Of a stretch of DNA of 62,069 nucleotides, positions 22,916 to 32,576 are shown piece by piece (the first letter of the stretch is position 1; each line of letters begins with the position of its first letter). The position numbers were made by a program, and so were the translations under genes. The notes below the pieces were generated by a model. It worked only from the letters and a program-made list of their open reading frames with translations. It had not been told where the DNA came from and did no database searches. The DNA comes from Candidatus Velthaea sp. GTDB taxonomy: Bacteria; Vulcanimicrobiota; Vulcanimicrobiia; Vulcanimicrobiales; Vulcanimicrobiaceae. The stretch covers positions 1 through 62,069 of the forward strand of contig JBEKHC010000016.1 of assembly GCA_050012475.1 (NCBI GenBank), written 5' to 3'.

Positions 22916-24901
22916 ATGAGACCGCTGCTGCTCGCGCTCATCATCGCCTTGACGGTCGCCGCGCGAGCGGCGGCGACAACGATCACGCCGGACGACCTGT
23001 ACGCCGAAGTGTCGCTCGGCGAACCAGCGTTTTCTCCTGACGGCACGAAGGTTGCCGTGGTCGTGCGGCGCGTCGACGTTCGCCAAAATCGCCGTGACGG
23101 CATACTGGAAGTCGTCGACATCGCGACCGGAACCGCACGCACGCTAACCGTCGATCGTGAAGGCGTTGCGGCACCCTCCTGGTCGCCGCGCGGCGATGCT
23201 GTTGCGTTCATCGCCGATGATGCCAAACATGACGGTCAGGTTTTTATTTTCCCGCTCGACGGCGGCGATGCGCTGCCGATCACCCGTGCGCATGCCGGCG
23301 TTCAGCAATTTGCCTGGCGTCCGGATGGTGCTGCGATCGCCTATGTGGCGGCCGACCGCAGCCCGGATGAAGCCGCGATCAAAGCCCATCACGACCTTTT
23401 CGACCTGGGCAATGATGACTACCTGACGCGCGCCAACGAGCCGCCCTCGCACATCTGGCTCGTGTCACGCACCGGCACGCATGACCGGCGGCTGACGTCC
23501 GGGACGTGGAGTCTCGAAACCGCGTATCCTCCTTCTGCACCGGCGTCGCCGCTTTCGTGGTCGCCCGACGGAAAGTCGCTGCTCTTCACCCGCGTTCCCG
23601 ATACGCGCGACGGCAACGCCTATCGCACGCAGATCGCGCGGCTCGACGTCGCGAGCGGGCGCGTCGCCCCGCTCACCGGTCGCATTGCACTCGAAGGCTA
23701 CGCCCAGTATTCACCCGCGGGAACGAACGTCGCCTATCTGTTCAGCCGCGACGGCGATCCCAACAACCAAACCGATGTTTACGTTACCGGCGCCGCGGGC
23801 GGACCCGGGATCGACGTGTCGCGCAAACTCGACCGCGCGATCTATCACGCGCAGTGGTTTCCGGACGGGAAATCGCTGCTCGTCGGTGCTCACGACGGGA
23901 CGCGGACGCTGCTGTGGCGCCTGCGGCTCGACGGAACGTACGAGCGCTTCACGACCGGCGCAGTGAACCCGGCGCTGGACTTCTGGCTCGACGCCGCAAT
24001 CGACCGGCGCGGGACGATCGCCTTTCCCGGCTCGTCGGCCCATCATCCGACCGAACTGTACGTGCTCGCGGGCCGCACCGCGCCCCGGCGCCTGACCGAT
24101 TTCAACGCCGTGATCGCCGCGCGAGAACTCGGCAACGTTGCCGACGTAGCGTGGACCAACGACGGCTTTCCCGAAGACGGCGTCCTGATCTATCCGCCGC
24201 ATTTCGTCGCGGGAAGGCGCTACCCGCTCGTGCTGGATATTCACGGCGGACCGCAGGCGGCGTCGGGACGAGAATTCGATTTCTGGGGTCAACTGCTGGC
24301 CGCCCGCGGATGGCTGGTCTTCGAGCCGAATTATCGCGGCAGCGACAACTTCGGCAACGCCTACGAGCGCGCGATTTACATGGACGCCGGCGCGGGACCG
24401 GGGCGCGACGTGATGGCCGGCGTCGCGGCCGTCGAAAGACTCGGCATCGTCGACCCCGGTCGCATCGCGGTGGGCGGCTGGAGCTACGGCGGATACATGA
24501 CCTCCTGGCTGATGGCACACGAACATGTGTGGCGGACGGCGATCTCCGGTGCGGCCGTCAACAACTTGGTCGACATGTACAACCTCAGCGACGGCAACGT
24601 GCAGACCGCGTTCGCATTCAAAGGCTCGCCGTATCTCGCCGGCAACCTGCGCGACTACGTCGCACAGAGTCCGCTCACGTATGCCGCGCAAACGCGCTGC
24701 CCGGTGCTCATCATCTCGGATGTCGGCGACGTGCGGGTGCCGATCGTGCAGTCGTTCGAGCTGTATCACCTGCTGCACGACCACCACATCCCAGTTCGCT
24801 TCGTCGGCATCCCGGTCGACGGACATTTTCCCAGCGATCCGGTGCATGCGCACGACGTTATCGCCCTTTGGGCTTCCTGGTTTGCCGACCACTTGAAATA
24901 A
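22916..24901 (+). CDS. Secreted S9-family peptidase
   Basis: Signal peptide, WSPDG propeller repeats, IHGGP, nucleophile GWSYGG, DVRVP and GH. Confidence 0.92.
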   Translation: MRPLLLALIIALTVAARAAATTITPDDLYAEVSLGEPAFSPDGTKVAVVVRRVDVRQNRRDGILEVVDIATGTARTLTVDREGVAAPSWSPRGDAVAFIADDAKHDGQVFIFPLDGGDALPITRAHAGVQQFAWRPDGAAIAYVAADRSPDEAAIKAHHDLFDLGNDDYLTRANEPPSHIWLVSRTGTHDRRLTSGTWSLETAYPPSAPASPLSWSPDGKSLLFTRVPDTRDGNAYRTQIARLDVASGRVAPLTGRIALEGYAQYSPAGTNVAYLFSRDGDPNNQTDVYVTGAAGGPGIDVSRKLDRAIYHAQWFPDGKSLLVGAHDGTRTLLWRLRLDGTYERFTTGAVNPALDFWLDAAIDRRGTIAFPGSSAHHPTELYVLAGRTAPRRLTDFNAVIAARELGNVADVAWTNDGFPEDGVLIYPPHFVAGRRYPLVLDIHGGPQAASGREFDFWGQLLAARGWLVFEPNYRGSDNFGNAYERAIYMDAGAGPGRDVMAGVAAVERLGIVDPGRIAVGGWSYGGYMTSWLMAHEHVWRTAISGAAVNNLVDMYNLSDGNVQTAFAFKGSPYLAGNLRDYVAQSPLTYAAQTRCPVLIISDVGDVRVPIVQSFELYHLLHDHHIPVRFVGIPVDGHFPSDPVHAHDVIALWASWFADHLK

Positions 24902-25089
24902 CGGCGGCGAGCCGGCCGGGCCGCTCGGGGCTATGCGGAGGTCGGGACCGCGCTCGCATCCGGTGCGGCTGTGATCCCGAAGGCCGCTCGAAAACTTAGG
25001 GAATTAAGACCCTAACCTATGCGCATCGGCGAGCTCAAACGAAGTCCCGAGCGACAGGAGAACGCCGCCTCTTCGACCGATCAAGGCAC

Positions 25090-25434
25090 ATGAAATGTGT
25101 TTTTGCGGCACCACTCGTCGCTCTCAGCTTAGCGATTCTCGTACCGTCGGCCAGCAGCGCGCAACTTAATCTTTCGAATCAGTTTCCCGGAAACTGGTGT
25201 GCACAAGGCGACTCCGCTCGACCGGAATCAATAACGTCAAAGGGACCGCTCTCGCTCGGATTCCGGAACTGGGCTGGCGCGACCGCGACCGGAACGCTCG
25301 TCGGCTTGAATTCGCACGAGGTCGTGGTCGCAAAGTGGAAAGGTGTCCATGGCAATCTGAGCGGAGATGCCCAGACGATCAATTGGTCCAACGGCACGTT
25401 CTGGAAGCGCTGCTCGGCAACCGTCACGCGCTAG
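25090..25434 (+). CDS. Secreted hypothetical protein
   Basis: Signal peptide, C-terminal INWSNGTFWKR, and an AAGG RBS. Confidence 0.6.
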   Translation: MKCVFAAPLVALSLAILVPSASSAQLNLSNQFPGNWCAQGDSARPESITSKGPLSLGFRNWAGATATGTLVGLNSHEVVVAKWKGVHGNLSGDAQTINWSNGTFWKRCSATVTR

Positions 25435-25438
25435 CAGT

Positions 25439-25458
25439 TTGTCCGACAAGTCGGACAA
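25439..25458. terminator. Palindrome TTGTCCGAC-AA-GTCGGACAA just after the stop codon
   Basis: 9-bp perfect inverted repeat with no clear U-tract. Confidence 0.4.
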
Positions 25459-25739
25459 CTGCGACGGGCGGTTCGGGCGAAGGCCGAACGCGACGGAATG
25501 CGCGCAGCGCATTCCTCTAGACTTTTACCCGAGCTACTTCTGATCGGGAAACCCGCGTTGGCCGGCCCGCGTTTCGACACGACGCGACCCGGCCGCCCGC
25601 GCCCGGCTTCGGACCGCGAGCGTCTTTACGTTCAGCGCCATGGGCGTCCTTTCCGCGACGAAAGATACACAATCCGTTCAATTCGTTAAACGAACTTTAA
25701 AGTCCGACCGGCCCCGTTGCCATTATACTGCTGTCAGCA

Positions 25740-26336
25740 ATGCAATGGTACGAACCGGAAGTGAGCGCGTTAGTCACGCGGCTTGCCTTAGATCCGATCC
25801 TTGATCCCGCGGTCGTTTATGGCAGCTCCTCCATAAACCTCTGGACGTCGATGGCGAACGATCTCAAGAACGAGCGCATCGTCAACGCCGGTTTCGGCGG
25901 ATCCACGCTCGAGGCATGCGCTCATTTCTTCGAGCGGATCGTTTCCCCGCTGGACCCCGCCTCGCTGCTGGTTTATGCCGGCGATAACGATATCGGAGAC
26001 GGCCGCTCACCCGAACACGTGCTCAGATCGTTCCGCCAACTGGCGGGCAAAGTCGACCGATGCTGCGGGCCGATTCCCTTCGGCTTCATATCGATCAAAC
26101 CAAGCCCTGCACGCGGCGAACTTCTGGACCGGATACGCCGGGCGAACGAACTCATTCGGGCCGATATGAAAACCCGTCCGAATGGGTTCTATGTCCCGCT
26201 CTTCGATGCCATGCTTCGGGATGGAAAACCTCGTCCGGAGCTGTTTCTGGACGACGGCTTGCACCTTGGTCCGGAAGGTTACGAACTCTGGATCGAACTC
26301 TTAGAACCATTCCGTAAGCAGATGTTCGTGAGCTGA
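25740..26336 (+). CDS. SGNH/GDSL hydrolase
   Basis: YGSSSI, NAGFGGS, YAGDND and DGLHL. Confidence 0.9.
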   Translation: MQWYEPEVSALVTRLALDPILDPAVVYGSSSINLWTSMANDLKNERIVNAGFGGSTLEACAHFFERIVSPLDPASLLVYAGDNDIGDGRSPEHVLRSFRQLAGKVDRCCGPIPFGFISIKPSPARGELLDRIRRANELIRADMKTRPNGFYVPLFDAMLRDGKPRPELFLDDGLHLGPEGYELWIELLEPFRKQMFVS

Positions 26337-26393
26337 AAACCGCCAACGCGCAGCCGCTATCATGCAACACGCAGCCCCGATCTTGGAGCCGGC

Positions 26394-27122
26394 ATGAATC
26401 GCGAGTATCACCGATGGTTCAGTCACCGCCTGAATCGCGACATGGAATTGCTGGTGTTCGGGCATGCAGGTGAACGCGTCTTGATATTCCCCACGCGGCA
26501 GGGCCGATTTTATGACTATGAGGGCTGGGGCATCGTCGACGCCGTTCGCAATCGTATCGAATCCGGGGCGATCCAGCTATTTTGCGTCGACAGCTACGAT
26601 TCCGAAAGCCTGTACGCGTTCGGAATCGCTCCGTGGGAGCGGATCGCGCGCCATCACAGCTTTGAGCAGTACATTTTGTGCGAGGTGCTTCCTTTCTCGC
26701 GGTCTGTCAACTCGGATTCCCGGCTCGTCGCCCATGGATGCAGCATCGGTGCCTATCACGCTCTCAATGTCGCGTTTCGCCATCCTTCTTTGTTCAGCAA
26801 AGTTGTGAGCTTAAGCGGACGGTATGACCTTACTCGGCAGTTCGCTTGTTTTCCCGATTTGTTCAGCGGGCACTACGACACCGACATTTACTTTAACACG
26901 CCGAGCCATTTCATTCCAAACCTTTCGGATACGAACGTTCTTCAAAGCCTTCGATCGCTGGACATTCGGCTGGCTGTCGGCGGAGAAGACTATTTTTTCG
27001 AGAGCAATCATCGGCTCAGCCACGCACTCTGGGAAAAAGGCATCTGGCACGCGTTCGATGTTTGGCCGGGCACGGCGCACAAGCCGCATTATTGGCGAGA
27101 GATGGTCGCCCGCCACCTCTGA
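26394..27122 (+). CDS. Esterase-family alpha/beta hydrolase
   Basis: MNREYHRWFS..L.RDMELLVFGHAG, nucleophile elbow GCSIG, and AHKPHYW. Confidence 0.88.
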   Translation: MNREYHRWFSHRLNRDMELLVFGHAGERVLIFPTRQGRFYDYEGWGIVDAVRNRIESGAIQLFCVDSYDSESLYAFGIAPWERIARHHSFEQYILCEVLPFSRSVNSDSRLVAHGCSIGAYHALNVAFRHPSLFSKVVSLSGRYDLTRQFACFPDLFSGHYDTDIYFNTPSHFIPNLSDTNVLQSLRSLDIRLAVGGEDYFFESNHRLSHALWEKGIWHAFDVWPGTAHKPHYWREMVARHL

Positions 27123-27212
27123 TCTCGGGCTACCGGCGCTTGGTTTGAGCCCATATCGCATGCCACAATTCGCGCTGCTTTGCGGCGCGTGCGGTGGCGA
27201 GTGCCGTCAGCG

Positions 27213-27258
27213 ATCGGCCTTTTCCACGATGGCCCCGTGCGCGCCGCGGTGTTACGCT
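27213..27258 (+). promoter_or_regulatory. Regulon motif copy upstream of the PRC-barrel gene
   Basis: ATCGGCCTTTT-CCACGATG-N17-GTGT-TACGCT (weaker upstream half). Confidence 0.55.
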
Positions 27259-27422
27259 TGCGACAGGCGTTGATTTCAAAGACCCGGCGGTCTGGTCTCT
27301 GGACAGGTCAAACTCGGCTAGGAACTGCGCTCCCGATTCGCGGAAGCAGCGCCCTCACTTCCGTCGGCGTGCGGGTACCGATTTTGCCGCTATGGCGCCC
27401 GCGCAGAGCAGAGGAGCAAACC

Positions 27423-27905
27423 GTGTCTTCACATCAGACCACGACGAGCACTGAACTTCAAAAACTCGCTGACACCGGCCTCACCCTCGACGACGATCGC
27501 CAAGACATCCGCGGCCGCCGGCTGGTCGACGGCGCAGGCGAAGCGATCGGGCACGTCAGCAATCTCTTCATCGACGCCGGCCAACGTAAGGTGCGGATGC
27601 TCGAAGTTCGCGCCGGCGGTTTCCTGGGATTGGGCGACAAACACTTTCTCCTTCCCGTGGAAGCGATCACGAGCGTCGACGCGGATGTCATTCACGTCAG
27701 CGAAACACGCGAGCGCATCATTCACTCACCGGTCTACGATCCGCAGCTCGTCCCCGAACCGGCCCACGAGTACTGGGAGCCATTCTACGGATACTACGGC
27801 CTGCCGCCGTTTTGGGGCAACGATTACCTCTACCCCGGTTTTCCGCTGTCGCTCGAACAACGGCCGACGGTCAACGAGCACTCGAGTCACGCACAAGACC
27901 TGTAG
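27423..27905 (+). CDS. PRC-barrel domain protein
   Basis: DIRGRRLVDGAGEAIGHVSNLFID...GGFLGLG...LLPVEAI, YGYYG.PPFW. GAGGAG RBS then GTG. Confidence 0.88.
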   Translation: MSSHQTTTSTELQKLADTGLTLDDDRQDIRGRRLVDGAGEAIGHVSNLFIDAGQRKVRMLEVRAGGFLGLGDKHFLLPVEAITSVDADVIHVSETRERIIHSPVYDPQLVPEPAHEYWEPFYGYYGLPPFWGNDYLYPGFPLSLEQRPTVNEHSSHAQDL

Positions 27906-27939
27906 GCGACGGCTTTAGCACGAAGGGGTATTGCGCGCC

Positions 27940-29355
27940 ATGATGCTCGTCAGTAAGACGTACGATGATCTTGCGGTCGGAGATGAAGCCTCGATAACGC
28001 GGGTCGTTACACCGGACGACCTGTACGTCTTCGCGCACGTGAGCGGCGATTTGAACCCGCTGAACCTGCCCACCAGCGGGGAAAGCGGGCCGGCCGATGC
28101 GGGCTCGGCGGCACCCGCAATGTGGATCGGCTCGCTCTTTTCCGCCGTGCTCGGGAACGTGCTCCCCGGACCCGGGACGACCTATGCTGCACAGACGCTG
28201 CGATTTTATGCTCGGGCACTTGTCGGCGACACGCTCACGGTGACCGTTCGCGTTCAAGAGAAACGGCCGCCGCATACGGTCGTGCTGCAAACACACATCA
28301 AACGCGAGGACGAGACGATCGCCGACGGCGTCGCCGAAGTCCGCGCGCCGGCGATCGGATTGGCGCTAACGGAAAGCGTTCTTCCGGAGCTGACCGTCGC
28401 CCGGCACGCCAACGTCGAGCGGCTTTTGGCGGCTTGCCGCGGCCTGCCGCGGCTGGTGACCGCGGTCGTCGCACCGGAGGAAGCGCTGGCTTTGGAAGGA
28501 GCGCTCGAAGCCGCGCACCGCGGCTTGATCGAGCCGGTGTTGATCGGCAGTATCGAAAAAATCCGCGCGGTGGCCGCGGCGTGCCGCTTCTCGCTTGACG
28601 GATGCGCGCTCGAGGACGTCCCGGACCATGACGCGGCAGCTGCGCGCGCCGTGGAGCTGGTGCACGCGGGTCGTGTTGCGGCCGTCATGAAGGGCTTTCT
28701 GCACACCGACGAGTTGTTGCGCCAGATCGTCAAGTCGCAAGGGGGGCTGCGGACGTCCCGGCGGATCAGTCACGTGTTCGTGATGGACGCACCGGCGCTG
28801 GCCGGACTTCTGCTCGTGACCGACGCGGTCGTCAACATCGCCCCGACGCTCGATGACAAGGTCGACATCGTGCAAAACGCCATCGACCTCGCGCTTGCGC
28901 TTGGGATCGTCGAGCCGAAGGTGGGGATCCTGTCGGCGGTCGAGACGGTGAGCTCGAAAATCCCGTCGACGCTCGACGCCGCGATCTTGTCCAAGATGGC
29001 CGACCGCGGGCAAATCCGCGGCGGGGTCGTCGACGGCCCGCTCGCGATGGACAATGCCGTCAGCGTGTCATCGGCGCGGGCGAAAGGCGTCGTCTCAGCC
29101 GTCGCCGGGCGCGCCGACGTGCTCGTCGTGCCGAACGTGGAAGCCGGAAACATTTTGGCCAAAGAGCTGATCTATGCCGCGCAGGCGGAAGGCGCGGGCA
29201 TCGTTCTGGGCGCGAAGGTGCCTATCATGCTCACGAGCCGGGCCGACGATGCGCGATCGCGTCTGTTCTCGTGCATCGTGGCCGTGCTGTACAACGCCTG
29301 GTGCGTCAGCGGCCGCAGCAGGATGCCGGCTCCCGCGCGTCCGGGCACGGCATGA
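27940..29355 (+). CDS. Bifunctional MaoC-like enoyl-CoA hydratase / phosphate acyltransferase
   Basis: N-terminal FAHVSGDLNPL and LPGPGT. C-terminal MKGFLHTD, VDGPLAMDNA and LTSRAD. Confidence 0.92.
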   Translation: MMLVSKTYDDLAVGDEASITRVVTPDDLYVFAHVSGDLNPLNLPTSGESGPADAGSAAPAMWIGSLFSAVLGNVLPGPGTTYAAQTLRFYARALVGDTLTVTVRVQEKRPPHTVVLQTHIKREDETIADGVAEVRAPAIGLALTESVLPELTVARHANVERLLAACRGLPRLVTAVVAPEEALALEGALEAAHRGLIEPVLIGSIEKIRAVAAACRFSLDGCALEDVPDHDAAAARAVELVHAGRVAAVMKGFLHTDELLRQIVKSQGGLRTSRRISHVFVMDAPALAGLLLVTDAVVNIAPTLDDKVDIVQNAIDLALALGIVEPKVGILSAVETVSSKIPSTLDAAILSKMADRGQIRGGVVDGPLAMDNAVSVSSARAKGVVSAVAGRADVLVVPNVEAGNILAKELIYAAQAEGAGIVLGAKVPIMLTSRADDARSRLFSCIVAVLYNAWCVSGRSRMPAPARPGTA

Positions 29356-29387
29356 CGCGCGCCTTACTATAGCGGCGCTCGGCTCCG

Positions 29388-29433
29388 TTCCATGTATTTC
29401 ACGGTACCGCCGTGCAGCGCTCTGCGCTAGACT
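29388..29433 (+). promoter_or_regulatory. Regulon motif copy upstream of the BON-macAB operon
   Basis: TTCCATGTATT-TCACGGTA-N17-GCGC-TAGACT. Confidence 0.75.
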
Positions 29434-29637
29434 TCAAGCAGCAGCGGCATGAATCGCGCGACGGACATCCCGCGCGCGTCTCTTCGACGGAGCTTTTGAA
29501 GCCGACGCCTTCGAGACGAGGGATCATCAAAGAAGTGTGTGCGACGACGAACGAAGATACGGCGCTGCTTTCGTCGCGCTGAAGCGATTCCGCCGAACTT
29601 CTCCTCAACGACGCGACGCAGCCGTCGCAAGGACTCT

Positions 29638-30297
29638 ATGCTCAAGCCTGACCTCAATATCGATCTGCACCGACACGTCATCGAAGAGCTGGCATTCGAT
29701 CCCAGCATCGACGAACGCGCGATTGCGGTAGCCGTCAGCGGCGATGTGGTAACGCTGAGCGGCTTTGTAAACAGCTACTCGCAGAAGCTCGCCGCCGAGA
29801 AGGCGGTGAAACGGGTCCGCGGCGTACGCGGAATCGCCGAGGAGCTGACGATCGATCTTCCGGTGTTTCACGTTCGCAACGACGCCGATCTGGTGTCATC
29901 CGCGGTTGCCGCGCTGCGCTGGCACGTCGACGTTCCCAACGATGCGGTGCTCGTCAGCGCCGATGCCGGCCAGCTGACCTTGACCGGCAACGTCGAGTGG
30001 CATCATCAACGCGCAGCGGCCGAGGCTGCCGTCGCGTCGCTCGAGGGTGTGCGTGGTGTGACGAACGACATCGCGCTGCGGCCGCACGATGCCGTCGGCG
30101 ACATCGCGATCGCGATCCGCAGCGCGTTTGCACGCAGTTCTCAAGTCGATGCCGAGCGGGTCAAAATCGAAATGTCCGAAGGCACCGTGACGCTGCGCGG
30201 ATCGGTCCATTCGTGGGCCGAGCGGGAAGACGCCGAGAACGCAGCCTTCTCGATTCCCGGCGTTAGCAATGTTCGGAATCTTACGATCATTTCCTGA
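29638..30297 (+). CDS. Triple BON-domain (OsmY-like) protein
   Basis: Three VTLSG/LTLTG/VTLRG...GVRGV.N repeats. AAGGA RBS. Confidence 0.92.
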   Translation: MLKPDLNIDLHRHVIEELAFDPSIDERAIAVAVSGDVVTLSGFVNSYSQKLAAEKAVKRVRGVRGIAEELTIDLPVFHVRNDADLVSSAVAALRWHVDVPNDAVLVSADAGQLTLTGNVEWHHQRAAAEAAVASLEGVRGVTNDIALRPHDAVGDIAIAIRSAFARSSQVDAERVKIEMSEGTVTLRGSVHSWAEREDAENAAFSIPGVSNVRNLTIIS

Positions 30298-30300
30298 CCG

Positions 30301-31860
30301 ATGAAAGCGACGATCCAACCCCAGAACGGAGCGTCGACCAGCGCTCAACCCATTTCCGCCGTGCCGGTCCGACGGCGGCGCAGGTCGTCGCTGGTCTGGG
30401 GCGTACTCGCGCTGGTCGTCGTCGCCATCGCGGCCGTGCTCATCGTGCGACTGCGCGCCGGTAAGGCGGTCACGTACGTGACCGCGCCGGTCGTTCGCAC
30501 GACGTTGGTTCAGACCGTCACCGCCGAAGGAACCGTCAACCCGCAAAACCTCATTCTCGTCGGCACGCAGGTCTCAGGGACGATCTCCGAACTCGACGTC
30601 GACTACAATTCGGCGGTCCGCGTCGGCCAGGTCATGGCGAAGATCGATCCGACGACATTCCGCGATGCGCTCGATTCCGCCGCCGCGTCCCGCACACAAT
30701 ATGGTAACCAATATGCAGCCGGCGTCGCCGCCGCACAGAGCGCTGCGCAGACCGTGGCGACCGACCAGCAGAATGCCGTCGCTGCTCGCGCCGCACTCGC
30801 CTCCTCGGAAGCGCAGGTCGGGAAAGCGAAAACCGCCGCCGCACTCGCCGCGCTCACCGTGCAACGCGATGCGGCGCTGCTGACGCACGGGTACGTCGCG
30901 CAGAACCAATACGATACCGACGCCTCGACGCGCGTCGCTGCCCAGGCGGCGCTCACCGCCGCGCAATTGGCGGTCGATCAAGCGCGGGCGCAAGCAGCGG
31001 CCCAAGATGCGGTCGTCACCGCCGGGAAAGCACAAGCGCGCAGCGCGAGCGCGACGGCCCGCGCCGATCAAGCTCAGATTGGCGTGTACGGGGCGCAGGT
31101 GGCCATAGCGACCTACAATCTTCGCCAGAGCGTGATCGTCTCGCCGGTCCGCGGCACGGTCATCGCGCGCAACGTGTCGGTCGGGCAGACCGTGGCGGCG
31201 AGCTTCACGACGCCGACGCTGTTCACGATCGCCCAAGATCTCACGAAGATGGAGGTCGACATCGCCGCCGGCGAGCCGGACGTCGGCGGCGTTCACACAG
31301 GCGAAGCCGCCGACTTCACCGTCCTCGCTTTTCCGAACCGGACCTTTACGGGCACCGTGTACCAGGTGCGGCAAAATCCGACCACGCTCAACAACGTCGT
31401 TACCTACGATACGGTCGTCTACGTTCAAAATCGCGATGGCGCCCTGTTTCCGGGAATGACGGCAAACGCGAACATCCACGTAGCGAAAGTCGCGAACGCG
31501 CTCGTCGTGCCGCTCCAGGCGCTGGGGTGGGCCCCGCGTCTTGCTACGACTGCCGCAAGCGAGTCCGGCGCTGCGCCGGCGTCACCTTGGGGGACGACCA
31601 CGGCGTCGCTCAGCCGGACGGTCGTCGCCGGCCGCAACGGCCGGCTCTTCGTGCTGGAAAACAACGTGCCGCGCGCCGTCAGCGTTCGCATTTTGCTGGT
31701 CAGCGGGACGCAGGCGGCCGTCGCGCCGATTGCCGGTTTACTGGGCACGACCGACCGCATCGTGATCAGCGATTCGAGCCAGAACACCGCGACGAAGGCA
31801 ACGTCGACGATCACCGCGCTGGCACCAGCGGCGACCGCCGCTCGGCCGGCTACGCATTGA
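30301..31860 (+). CDS. MacA-like periplasmic adaptor (HlyD family)
   Basis: VGTQVSGTI..L.VDYNS, SPVRGTVIARNVSVGQTVAASF and LFPGMTAN. Confidence 0.9.
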   Translation: MKATIQPQNGASTSAQPISAVPVRRRRRSSLVWGVLALVVVAIAAVLIVRLRAGKAVTYVTAPVVRTTLVQTVTAEGTVNPQNLILVGTQVSGTISELDVDYNSAVRVGQVMAKIDPTTFRDALDSAAASRTQYGNQYAAGVAAAQSAAQTVATDQQNAVAARAALASSEAQVGKAKTAAALAALTVQRDAALLTHGYVAQNQYDTDASTRVAAQAALTAAQLAVDQARAQAAAQDAVVTAGKAQARSASATARADQAQIGVYGAQVAIATYNLRQSVIVSPVRGTVIARNVSVGQTVAASFTTPTLFTIAQDLTKMEVDIAAGEPDVGGVHTGEAADFTVLAFPNRTFTGTVYQVRQNPTTLNNVVTYDTVVYVQNRDGALFPGMTANANIHVAKVANALVVPLQALGWAPRLATTAASESGAAPASPWGTTTASLSRTVVAGRNGRLFVLENNVPRAVSVRILLVSGTQAAVAPIAGLLGTTDRIVISDSSQNTATKATSTITALAPAATAARPATH

Positions 31861-32576
31861 TGGCGGAGTCTCTCCCGGTCGTGAGGCTCGAGAAGCTGCG
31901 CAAAGTCTACCAGATGGGCGGCCAGGAAGTGATTGCGCTCGACAGCGTCGACCTGACGCTCGAACGCGGCGAGTTCGTCGCGATCATGGGCGCGTCGGGT
32001 TCGGGGAAATCGACGCTCCTGCACATGGTCGGCCTGCTGGACCGGCCGACATCGGGTCGCTATTTGCTCGAGAACCAAGACGTGGCCCAACTCGGCGCCG
32101 ACGATCTTGCCGACCTGCGGTCACGGCGGCTGGGGTTCGTCTTTCAAGCCTACAATCTGCTGGCGCGCACGACGGCGGTTGAGAACGTCGAACTGCCGAT
32201 GATGTATGCCGGCATACCGGACGCCGAACGTCGCCGCCGGGCACTCGCCGCGCTCACGATCGTCGGCGTGGCAAACATGGCCGAGCATATTTCCAACCAA
32301 ATGTCCGGCGGCCAGCAGCAGCGCGTCGCAATCGCCCGCGCGCTCGTGAACGATCCCAGTCTGATCCTAGCCGACGAACCGACCGGCGCCCTCGACTCGA
32401 AATCATCGACCGAAATAACCCGGCTGTTCCAAAAGCTCAACGAGGAACGCGGAATCACGATCCTGATGGTCACGCACGAGCCGGACGTCGGACGCGCGGC
32501 GAAACGGATTATCACCTTCCGCGACGGCCGCGCCATCTCCGACGAACCGGTGATCCGGCAGGCGCTGGGCGTATGA
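31860..32576 (+). CDS. MacB/LolD-type ABC ATP-binding protein
   Basis: GASGSGKST, MSGGQQQRV, ADEPTGALD and MVTHE. Confidence 0.95.
   Translation: MAESLPVVRLEKLRKVYQMGGQEVIALDSVDLTLERGEFVAIMGASGSGKSTLLHMVGLLDRPTSGRYLLENQDVAQLGADDLADLRSRRLGFVFQAYNLLARTTAVENVELPMMYAGIPDAERRRRALAALTIVGVANMAEHISNQMSGGQQQRVAIARALVNDPSLILADEPTGALDSKSSTEITRLFQKLNEERGITILMVTHEPDVGRAAKRIITFRDGRAISDEPVIRQALGV

Noticed and set aside
24996..25015. Palindrome TTAGGG-N8-CCCTAA
   Set aside because: Single 6-bp-arm instance with no supporting copies or regulator.
29388..29433. Reading the recurring motif as a CRP/FNR site or a plain -35 element
   Set aside because: No TGTGA/TTGAT left half-site 6 nt upstream in any copy, and the spacing to the -10 is 24 nt rather than 17.
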